The notes under the pieces were generated by a model that did no database searches, had not been told where the DNA came from, and saw nothing but the letters and a program-made list of their open reading frames with translations. From Ophelia neglecta (Eukaryota): a stretch of DNA of 64,000 nt. Positions 47,601-59,600 of this stretch are shown here, piece after piece. How positions within the stretch are numbered: position 1 is the stretch's first letter; each line of letters opens with the position of its first letter. The stretch is taken from assembly GCA_965285935.1 (NCBI GenBank), contig OZ260665.1:30690001-30754000 (forward strand), given 5' to 3'. The translations under genes were made by a program, and so were the position numbers.

Positions 47601-50600
47601 TGTACCGCACTGTGGTAAATGGCATCTGATTTGGGAGCGAACTTTTTGTCACACTTTGTACAACCATGTACTTTCTCGCCGTGCATGCGGCAGCAGTGTC
47701 TCTTCAGATTGAACAACTTGGGCGTTTAAAAATCACATTCGTCGCAGGAATACGATACATCATCACCATGCACCTCGTGGACACTTGTTTCAAGGAATTC
47801 CATGATTCTGAAATGCCAAAAAACATGCACAAATCGTTTATTAAAATTAACGCTGAGAGATACAGTGCAATATATTTCACAAAACATTGTGAAATAGACA
47901 AAATGGGCCGATCATATATAGATACCGCTCTTTGCAAAGGGCGTTATAGGCTAAGTCTTGTAAAAGAACCATGAAACAGGCTACACATACAATACAGTAT
48001 TGCGCTATTTAAACCGTGATTATAAAAATAGTACGATCTGCACGAATTTGAATCTATTGAAAACATGGCCTTAAATCAGTGACTTCGTGCCAGAGGTCGA
48101 ACATTTGTAAGTAAAAAATAGCAAAAGAACCATTTTCTAAGCCTGGAACTGAACAGCAACAGTCGCGGAAAGTGCGTCGCCTTACTTTTACGTTCCCTTT
48201 ACTAGGCTAGTGCCCTTTCTTACACGCGCGCCGTGCCCTTACATACACGCGCATCGGAAACTTATTTGAACGGCTGGGATAAAAAAACCGCATCATTCTA
48301 AACTGAGCAGATACCATGGACATGTTAACAGTTATCAGTAGCTACTGTCTACTAAGTTTCAGCTTCGAAAAGTGCACCAAGCCGACAGCAACGGGAAATT
48401 AAGGTGTTATTTCTCCTACTATCGCCCACGCTTGATGTTGCTCGAGAATTGTTCACAAATAGCGATCTCGATAAATCAAGCCAGTACACAGGATTGACAA
48501 CGAATTTCCTAACTTTCGTTTGATGTATTACACAAAGACTGTCAAGCAATACATTGGTAGATAAAATAGATTCACTCACCTTGGGGTGTAACGAAAATGA
48601 TGCCGTCCACGAGGCGCGCGTAATTGTTGGAGCTTTACCCTTACAAATTTCGCACGATGGGCTACCGTAGTATAAACAGTTAAACACAATCCTTGCCTAA
48701 ACCCGATTAGATTATTTTGAATGGTGATGTGATATTTCTGTTTATTTCTTAGGCTAAACAAATCGTTTTAACCAATATCAATCCTAACTATATTCCATAA
48801 ATCAGTTCCCAAACGATAAAACATAACATAATAGCTGTTGAATTCATCAGCTTCTTTTATCCTCGCTTACGTAGCAGCTGTCTTGGAAAAAATGTCACGA
48901 ATTGTTAATTGTTATATCAATTAGCACCGTCTTTGTGTGGTTCACTTAAGAAGTATAGGAGCAAGACTTATAGAGAAAGCTGAAGCAATCAGCCAATAAA
49001 ACAGGATTAATGCTCCCATTAAAAAATTTAAAACAATAATCTTATATTTCCAATTTGATGTAATAGGTAGTCAGTTTAAAATCAATTCATAAATGGTCAT
49101 AAGCATAAAATGCATGCTTACTAATGATTAATTCTGATCACTAAATTAATTCTTTTGGCAATTTACTGATATTAATTAAGCTGAAGGTATGGTTAAATCT
49201 GAATATGTCGCTTGCTCTCTGCTTCGAAAGACAATCACGAAGCACCGAAATATAAAATAATGTCTAAACAAATCAATATGTATAAAAGGCCCTCTAATAT
49301 CTATTCATCAGCGCTTTATGAAAGCTGACGTTTTGTTTATGAAGGCATGGCATCACAATTATAATTGATATGCTGATATTATTATTTTGATACTCTGCTT
49401 CAATAGCGTAAGGCATGGATGTATCAATGGGACAAATTACATTTTTGCTATCTGACTGAACTGACTTATTTAAATAAATGATGTGCATGCTATGTTTTTG
49501 TCTTACAGTATTCGATAAATCAAGTTATTTGTTTGATTCAACTAATTTCGCTCCTACTCCGTTGGCGAAGTGTGTGAATAGTGCATTGTACGGTGTACGC
49601 TGAACGTCGCTTCGTCAATTATTAAGATCAACGATGAATAACTAGAATTAAGCCTAACGTTTTAAATTATTTAGTGGATTTTTTCCCCAAATGTCAATAA
49701 TATTGGACAAGTTATTTATACTAGATATAAGATTCCGCATGTGTAGGTATATGGAAAAACTGAAAACGTTAATCAATTAACATAAACATCGCAAGGATAT
49801 ACAATAACTACCATACACAATCACTTTTTGGAGAAAACAAATTATTTCATTATCTTATATAACGCAGAGGTCTGATATAATAGCCGGTTTACTTTGGTAA
49901 GATCAAGTTAGCTAATGAATATCTCCAAAGATACCTTAAGGAAAAGTAAAACAAAACACGATTAGGGAAATACAGGACATTTACCCTCAGGGAATAGAAT
50001 ATTGTTAAAGAGTCACACGTCAATAGAAAATTACAACAAATTATAATCATGAACAACAAATTACATTCAGGTCTATAGTTTTTCATTGGGTTAGAATCCC
50101 GACCAATCTTTTTATTATCGCGGACTTTGTGTGATTTCTTGATGAACATCTCAACATTGGAAGTAACTCTTCTTGTTGATGTCATATAGAAGTCAGATAA
50201 ATTCAACTCCTGGGTCATTAGCATTGGAAAAAACCTAGATGTCTGGCAAACTGGCACGAATTGCCTCAACCTTATTTGTAAGAAGGAAAGGGCGGTTAAA
50301 AGGTCTTGATACTTGTAGAGCTGTGGAAATATATTCCTGCTTTGAATTGCTCCCTTAATTCAATTCGATTGAGCAAGTTTCAGAAAATACAAAAGAATTC
50401 TTTTTGCCCTGAAAACTTAAGGAATCTTTGTCCGGTTTGGGTCGTAACAGAATGGCAGAGAGCGGCAATTTTCACGTGGACATAGTACACGTTTGCAAAA
50501 ATAGTTTGAAGGTATATTTTCTTTAAACCACCATTGATTATATAAAGTGAAAGACTTTGAACAACAAATGTTTAAAAGACAGATCACTTATTATGAATTG

Positions 50601-53600
50601 CTGACAATGTCATTTTACTTCAGTAATTGGAATACACTCACAACTAAATGTGTTTCAACACAGTCTGCAATCTGACCAAAACCAACTCTTCACAGTCAAA
50701 GTGACCATAACACCATTTTCAAATCCTCTGGCTCCGCGGGATGGAAAGACAAAAGTGAGACCACAAACGTCAATTTAAATCAACCTCGGAGGCACTTTAA
50801 TGGTCCTAAATAACTTCCAACCTGTTATCAGACAGGCATTTATACTGTTTTTGAGACACTGGTTATGACGGTTGTCAACCACTTTTGAGTTATAGAGGAA
50901 TTTATGAGATGGGTTGATCTTTTTGGTTATGCTTTTTTCCCAAAACTTATTCACAAAGAGCTAAACCGTTTCATGTAATGATGATAGAGAATTGAAAGAA
51001 ACTATCCCATAATAATTACGAATCTTACCTCAAATTATTGACATTTTCGTTAGCATAATAAATTTTTCCCTTCGTAGCAGAGGTAGGGTACCCTACGCAG
51101 ATCTCGCCCCATCCAATCTCGGCCGTTAGACGTTTCTGAAATAAGTCTAACAATTATAATTAAATTAAATTTGGAAGTGTTCCATTGTAATTGGTTGTAA
51201 TGCGCCCAGTCTGTATGATAATTTGTAATACGTCCTGTCTGTAGAAGTCCCGTGACTCTATCTTGTCTTGTTATGTGTTCTCCTAAAAAAAGGAGCCTCC
51301 TCGTGCCCTTATGGATAAGGCGTCTGATTTTGTATCCAAAGGTCAAGTGTTTAAGTCTTGCCATAACCATTTGTTTTCTCTTCGTTTAAAACTATAATAC
51401 CAAATGGCATCAATTGTACTATTCTAAATGCCTACACAAGGGAAAGGTAGCTGCACGGAGTTCATAAGGCAGGTACTAGTTTAATTTAGATGCATCCCTT
51501 ATGATCTAAATCTTAAATGCCGGTCACTCATTACACGGTATGCATATGTAGTAAAACGTACGAACATATTTGCGACAAAATGTTCGTTTCGATCGCACAC
51601 GGTTGACTATCCAAGTGAGGGCTTTCCCAAAATTCCTAAATTTAAGGGCCAATCACATCGCATGCAATAAATACGTCACACAGCCGTCATTAAGCCTCAT
51701 TTCTGTTTACCTGGAAAGCTGCCGGCCGGAAACGCTTAACGGCAGAGGCTGATGGCAGCAAATAATTTGTAGAGGACATTACCTCCGCTACAAAGGGAAA
51801 ATAACGGGCGTCTATGATGTAATTTAAATATGTTGCTAGGATAAATATGAAAAAGGGAGGACCTATTTGATTTAAAACGGAAAGGATCCCCCTCCCTGAA
51901 ACATGTTTCCTTCAAGTAACGTCCAAGTCACTTTATCGCTTTATCTGATACAAAATGAACCCAAGTATTAATCACGTAAATCCACTTATCAATTACAACA
52001 ACCATGCTCAAACTTAGGATTCTACTATTTTAAAGATCATCCACAGGCATATATATTTTTCGAACCAAGTTTTTCAAACAATCCCAGACATATTCTGTTT
52101 GAGAATGTCAAGTTTTTCTCTTCTAGCCATTGACGAAAACAGGACGAGACTCAATTTAGTATACACAGCTATAGCCTACTATCTCTCTACTGGAAGTTTA
52201 CAATTTACATTCTCTACATTTTATAAGTAACGCCTATTTTGATGAACACACGATTTAACATAATTTCTCTTCCAATCTTTCATACCAGTTCACCCATCCT
52301 TATTTACATTTGGTTATTTTAATTTATATTATTCGTCATTAAGTGGTTTATTAATACTTTGAATCTTTGAACCTTTATATTATTCAATCTCTGGAAATAG
52401 AAAATCTATCGTGGAATTAAAATATAATACTTTTTTTTAATGCTTTCATAAATACGTGTTTATTTGAAACATAAATAACAATGAAATATTTCATTTTAAC
52501 GTTTCCTAGGTTTGGAATGATTACAACTTGGTTTGGAATGAATCAGAGTACGGTGGTATTAAAAGCATACGAATACCACCGTTAATTATTTGGAAACCAG
52601 ATATTCTGATGTATAACAGGTAAGAACTGCGTTCAATATTCACTACATGTTGAATACGACACAATACTCATACCAAAAAAATTCTACTTTATATAATTAT
52701 GCTAAAGTAATATGTTCACAATTATCATAGGTGCGCATCCTTTTTCTGTGTTATTCATAAAATAAAATTCCCTCTCTTTGTTCACAATAAGTAAATATTA
52801 AAACCTATAAGCTGGTACTATGTTAAAGCACATATTGCGAATGTCGAATTTCTTACCATTCATGACTGCTATTTCAACGTCTCTACCAGTGCTGATGAGG
52901 ACATTGATAGTACATATCCTGCAAACATCGTTGTGAGTTCCGACGGCAGCTGCCTCTGGGTACCTCCGGGCCTCTTTCTGAGTACATGTAAAATCGACAT
53001 CACGTGGTTTCCGTTTGACGACCAGCAGTGTAAGATGAAGTTTGGGTCATGGACGTACGATGGTTTGTCGATCAATCTCACGTTGCAAGACGAGGCTGGT
53101 GGTGATATTTCAGACTTCATGCCTAACGGAGAATGGGAACTCGTGGGTAAGATTGGTCGTAGGAGAAAGACAGAAATTCCATCTTAATTAAAGAATATCA
53201 CGAACAGTAATATTTAGTTGAATCAAGGTTGTATAGGTCATGCTATATTAACCAGTACTTGGCAGGTAGTTTAATGTGACATTTCATAGAAATAGATACG
53301 ATAATAATTCACGTCCGAGTGTGCCCAAACCTCTGAATCTAGTGAAGTGATTCGAAGAAATGAAAACTTAAGCAAGTGCCTAAGTCCTTACATTGTTCAA
53401 ATAAAGATTAATATAAGCGATTCTGCTGGCCGACAGTAAATTGTTGCATTTGATCTGGAAATAAAATCGTTGTGAAAGTAAAATTAATTTGAAACCTTTC
53501 GAAAAATGTGACACTTTGCATATATGGTTGGGAACAGGAAGTTGTCAAGAGAATTCTTTCAAACGGTGTTTGCTACTGCTTTGCAAGTTATTCAAACTGA

Positions 53601-56600
53601 ATGTTTATCCATCACTATGTCTATTTAAAAAACGCATATTTCCCAAAATGCACAGTTTCAAGAGTCCTTCCTCTGTGCACGGGTATACTTGCACTGGTAC
53701 ATTAGTCATTTTAGTCATTGTCTTTAGTATTTTACTTACATGTATATTGCCTATCCTTATACTCGCAGTTGACTATTCAATCAACCTCTTTATATGATAT
53801 TCGAAAGCTGATACTATATGTTTCTCAATCCATTGACCACACCGACGATAAGGTATAAAGAGGAACTTGACGAAGGTCCTTGATGGAACTCCATGTGTCG
53901 TTACTATCTGATGAAGCTTCCTTACGTCCTCTATCTATCAGTCCTTTGTGCCTTTTTCATTTTCTGTGATTCTGAAGACTTTATGGGAAAAGTACAATAA
54001 CAATAAAGACGTCCTTGTGGATGATTTTGTATTTTGTGTAGGGTTTCTAAAAGCGTTTTTCCTTACCTAATTATAGGCTGAGGGCATTTTTAACACTTGC
54101 CGTACCCAGTTAAAGAGTCGATGCTTTGACATTACCTGCAGTACGGCCAAGGGTCGGATCATTTGGCAGGCCTTCAGTAAACAAGAATTTTAAGCAAATA
54201 ATCTGGCGTTAAATTTTTTTGGATTCCAGATTTACTAAGTCGTGTTTTTCCCTTGAAGTCTTAGCAATTATAGAATGTGATTCAAACTATAACAATAAAT
54301 ATTTGTTTTATTAGTCTCTCTTTTTCAATGTTAGATTACTTCTGATCGTCACTGTCGTATGTATGAGCATATTTCGAAGGCCTTTACTAAGGCAATGAAC
54401 CAATTCGGGTAGTTCGAATGTTTGTATTGCATGGTACACTGTTATTTTGATTTTTGGTTCACACAATGATTAAGCTGCTTTTATATGTTCAATGCTTCCT
54501 CTAAGTTTAAAATAAACCTTTATAGAGTCTTTTTGTTCAATGACAGCATATGACAATACAAAGATGCAGACGTAATTGACGCTTATTTTGCCCTGCTTGC
54601 GTATCTTTGCAGGTGCACCGGTCAAGAGGAATGTTGTCCAATATGAGTGTTGTCCCGAGCAATATATCGATGTAACATTTACAATTAAAATACGCCGACG
54701 AGTTTTGTACTACTTGTCAAATTTGGTTGTCCCCTGTGTCATGATGTCGATCCTCTCGATGGGGGTGTTCTATATGCCTCCCGATGCAGGCGAAAAGGTC
54801 ACCTGCGGTAGGTTTCCATACCTTCATTATCTCTATTTCACCACAGCCCTGCTTAATTTTCGTTTATTTTCTGTTTTCATGGTATAGGTGTGCCCGCAAA
54901 GCGAAGTGTCGTACAGTACGACTGCTGCCCTGAGCATTACATAGACATTACTTTTACAATCCACATACGCAGGAGAACCCTATATTACGGGTTTAACTTG
55001 ATTATCCCCTGTGTTTTGATATCTTCCATGGCACTACTGACCTTCACATTACCCCCGGACGCGGGCGAGAAGATCTCGTTAGGTAGGTGTGAACTATCGC
55101 GACACGAGCACGTGGTCCTCCTTCCCCCCTTTTGCACATTTTTATTCGCTTTTTTGTCGTATGCACCGGACCAACATTCTAGATGTTCCTCTATGTCGCT
55201 CTGAGGCTATCTCTTCTTTGGAAACTGACCTCTGAACTTTGATTTTGACTTAGTTTTTTAAGTAACGTTGATGTTCAGCGTTTTAATAAATAAAACATTT
55301 GGTTCAGGTATACAATGTCAATTTTTTTCAGCTGTCGGATTTTATTTTTCCATGACAAAATAATTTTCGTTTCGATCGATTTCCGAGACATCGGTGAAGG
55401 GTGACGCGAAGAAGATTAGTTACAGCTCTATAAGAATATTTATTAATACACATTATAACATATACATATAATTGTTTATACGGCTATTTAACGACATTCC
55501 ATCAGTTACTGAAAATTTTCATTCCATTTGCCATAACTTTTTAATCCATAAAGATAACAATTTCAAATAAAATACATAAGCTTTCTCGTCTATCAAACTT
55601 TCTTACGGGGTTAATCGGTTTAAAATTTATCAGGAGACACCAGAGATACGTTCCCTTAAAGAGGTGAGGGGTCTCAAAATTTGAGGATTTTCCGTAAAAA
55701 TGATTGTAAAGAATGTAAAAGCACGGTTACAACAGTTACAAATGTTTAAAATTGAGTGCAAAAATCTTGACCGGGAGCGCAAACCGGAGAAAGTCGCGTG
55801 TGTTTGGCGCATGCGCAGTAAACAGGAACCAGAACTGCTCCCAAGGATCCCGCGCTCGAAAATCGTGAGTGAATATCTTTATTTTTAACAATATTAAGGA
55901 GTTTTATCCAAAACCGCGTTACAATGCAATGTAACAAGTGTTCGCGATTCACGTAGATACTTAATTTATATTTATATTTTTGCATTTCTGGTAAATCGCA
56001 AAGCATGAGTAAATTAGAAAAGAAAAAAGTATAAACAAAACACTAAAGACAGCGCAGATCTCCAGTTTAGCATTGATCTATTATTGTAAGAGATATGTCA
56101 CTGAAATGTTATCTCCATCATTTTATTGTTTTCCTGCATTAGTTTCCAATGATAATGAACCTCAACCGGAAGAGATTGTCGTTGGCATTGACTTCATGGA
56201 CCAACCGAGAGGTCATGGTAAGTCTGTAGTGAATGCTACGTGATTTCCGGTGATTTTATGTTTCGGTTACAAATATATTAACTAGGCTACAAATGGATAA
56301 ATGTTAAGATTCCGATCAAACTTTAATTCACTTTACAGTGTCAGAAGGTGAAAAGACAAGTCACAGTAGGTGAAAAGACAAGTCAAACAGATCAATTTTC
56401 AAGTGATCCTGGCTGAAGCCTCTTGTGTTAATTTGTTGGGCGTTCCAGTGCGTTCCGCTGCATTCTGATGCGTTCCTGTATTCAGTGAGAGCAGATTCCT
56501 ACCACCATACCGAAGACGATGTGGAGGCTGCACAGGATATTGAGGAGATAGAGTTGAAGGTCCAACCACCCACAGCTTTTGCCTTTCTTTCTCCTAGACT

Positions 56601-59600
56601 TACTGTTTTTCTTTGACTACAGACGGATATTCTATTCCTCATTGCTTCCCTTTTAGCCTTAGTTTTCATAGAAAAATGAAACGTTTGCTTTAATGTTAAT
56701 AGTACTCTTTTAATGCTAGTAATACAAGTCACAATAAAGATTATTACAATATTTACAGCTTTCATTTATTTTTTAATGTTCGACATCATGATGTTTCTAA
56801 AATTTAGTTCCAAACTCCAGCCTTATTCTTCTTAAAGCACGACCCCTCATCTGTGCCCACTTGAATCCCCACCATCCGAACGCGAAGCGTTGGGATCAAC
56901 ATTAAAATTAAATTCACTTCGTCAATAAAGTTCACCCTGCTTTATTAAAGTTTCAAAAACACACACATGCACAGTAATATTCAGGGAATTTAAAAACCGT
57001 CTAGTAATTGATAGCATAGATGTATATACATCTCGGTTCAACATGATAGTTATCCAGTTTTGTAAACGAGAAACTTTCAAACACCATTAAAACAAGTCCT
57101 TAACGAACACACAATACGGGACCTATAAAGTTTGTTGTAATTACTTTATAATTGATCCGGGTTAACACACTGTTAAATAATAGATAGCGAGTTTCTGCCT
57201 CCATTGAAGAAACCCTGAGACAGTAATGCGCATGCCCGTTGACTTTTGTTTCCGTAGAGTACTCGGTTCCTTCCGATGAGTGTACTGATTTGTGAACTTT
57301 GTGCCTATGGTGACCTACGGTTGTTTGGTGATTTGTAACGGATTTGTTAACAATATGTAACATTTTGCACATAAGTAACCTTTCTGATTAGTAATCTACC
57401 ACTTACCAATTATAACAGCACGGTATTGAGAGTGATAAAGCGTTTGGATTACATGTTCTTCCATGGAACACAGTTATTACAAGCATATAATGTTTACTTG
57501 CTCAGTCATTGACATATCTCGTTACAAATAAATTTGTACCCTTTGCAAAATTTTGATGTCAAATTTTTGCCTTTTAATTTCACTCGTACAAGTCGAAATA
57601 CATGTATATAAAACATAATGTGCCACTTATGGGTTATTCAGATCGCAGTTGTAACACAGGAACACAGAGATAGCACAATAAATTTACCCACAACTCAATT
57701 TTACAATGTATTTATAACTTACTTGTAACGATACAAATAGCAACAATTCTTTTTGTAATTCTCAATTCTTAAACTCCGAAAAATGTAAAAATCCCGACGA
57801 GAGCTTATTCCATTCACCGGTTTACTCAGCTCGAATGGTGCTTTCAGAAAATATAGTGCGTATAGTGCCCCGTGAGAGGCCTATGAAAATGACGTACGGA
57901 ATACCGTGAAATAGCCGTATATGTTTTTGATAAGGACACATATGTATATTGATGTTAAAGACCAATACTCCAGGCGTCGAATGCGTCTCTGCTAATAAAT
58001 TCCGTTCCTTGTTCGATGAATGTCTTACCCGCATGGATTAATTAATCCCATATGTATGTAAACAATGTTATATCTAGGTTCATTAGTCTTAAAACCATTG
58101 CATGCACCTTGTACATTAACATGTAGTGTAGTAAGTGGGCTGTATATTATTGCCATTCTACCTGTTGTGCAGAATTTGTTAGCCGAAATATACTATTTAA
58201 ATAAATACTTGATATAATATATAAATTATATAATGGTCACAGTAAATCAAATAAATGAATGAACTTGTAAATTTGAATAATTAGCTGTTTATAGAGGGAC
58301 CGATAAACGTCATCGTTCACGTGACCGGTCAAATAAAAATAATTTTGATTTTAAACTGAACAGTATTATGACATGCTAATATTCTTGTCATAATGATGAC
58401 AATTGACCAGTTTCGTTTCTTAAAGTTTGCAATGACATTATCTAACGGTAATTGTTAACTAGTTCGAAAAGTTGTCGAAAAGGTTTCCTTTTGGCAAGCT
58501 TCAGCAATTGCTATACGATTAAGATATTTTCCATTGAGCAAGATATTAAATCATATGGAATCATTTTTCTTGCCATGCATACGATTTATTACCAATGGTT
58601 GAAGCTATAAATATATCATTGGTCATATTTTCGACTATTTCATTTTATTAATATTCTAACGAACACTAGCTTTGTTATTGTTGTATGGAATTCTGCTACT
58701 CATGTACCGACATGCGCTTTGCTCTTTTCAGGTGTCACTATACTGCTATCGCTTACTGTGTTTCTACTGTTGGTGGCAGAAACAATGCCCCCAACCTCGG
58801 ACGCGGTGCCCTTGATAGGTGAGACAAGGTCGAATTCTCCCGAGGCACTGCCCCACCAAAACCTAGAAAGTAGTCTGTAGCATGCGCCCATGAGAACAAA
58901 ATTATAGTTTACTGAGTGCGAGTGATTTTCTTGTAACTTAAAGGGAAATGGCTTATAGTTCAATATATGCAATTCAGAAAATACATTTCATTGAATATAG
59001 TCTTGTATTTTTTATAATGAGACATGTCTATGCAGTTCAGTTATGGTCCCAAGTGGCATTACACACTATCTAGTCATTGGTGAAACAATATCCGATATAT
59101 AACCCATGTGTCAAACTATACATGAAGTAAAACGGAAGAAAATTAATGGCATTTTCGATATTATATACTGTATAAAATACAAACATTGAATGAATCTGAA
59201 TACAACCCAATTTATTTGCACATTGACTATTCTAAGATAATTTATTAGTATTCATGGTCAGCATTATCGCGCTTATTTTAACTTTTGTATACAAATAATG
59301 CATGACGTAGCGAACGGGTAATTTCCACCTTGTTTGGACAATTGCTCACGTTTTTTATGAAGGTATGTGATACCTCTTTGTATACAAAATGACCTGGCTA
59401 TTGTCAATTTTCATTTAAAAAGGGTTTAAATTGAGTAAAGATCTATTTAATGTTTTTTTCTGAACCAGATTAATTTCTATTAAAACAATTTGAATGATGC
59501 AAATTTTGCATTTTTCGAGTATTGATATACCAGTTAAATGGATGGTGACCCATCGTCATAACTTGAGACATGAGTTTCACATTTGGTTATTTCTGAGCTG

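Larger units (their letters stand above)
45470..48669. mobile_element. Non-autonomous DNA transposon with ~610-bp TIRs and zinc-finger cargo (superfamily unassigned)
   Basis: Ends TACGGTAGCCCATCG...CGATGGGCTACCGTA; GTATA duplicated at 45465-45469 and 48670-48674; no transposase catalytic domain seen in the ~2-kb interior. Confidence 0.9.

Noticed and set aside
47164-47974. ORFs overlapping the zinc-finger gene in other frames or strands
   Set aside because: Shadows of the C2H2 reading frame.
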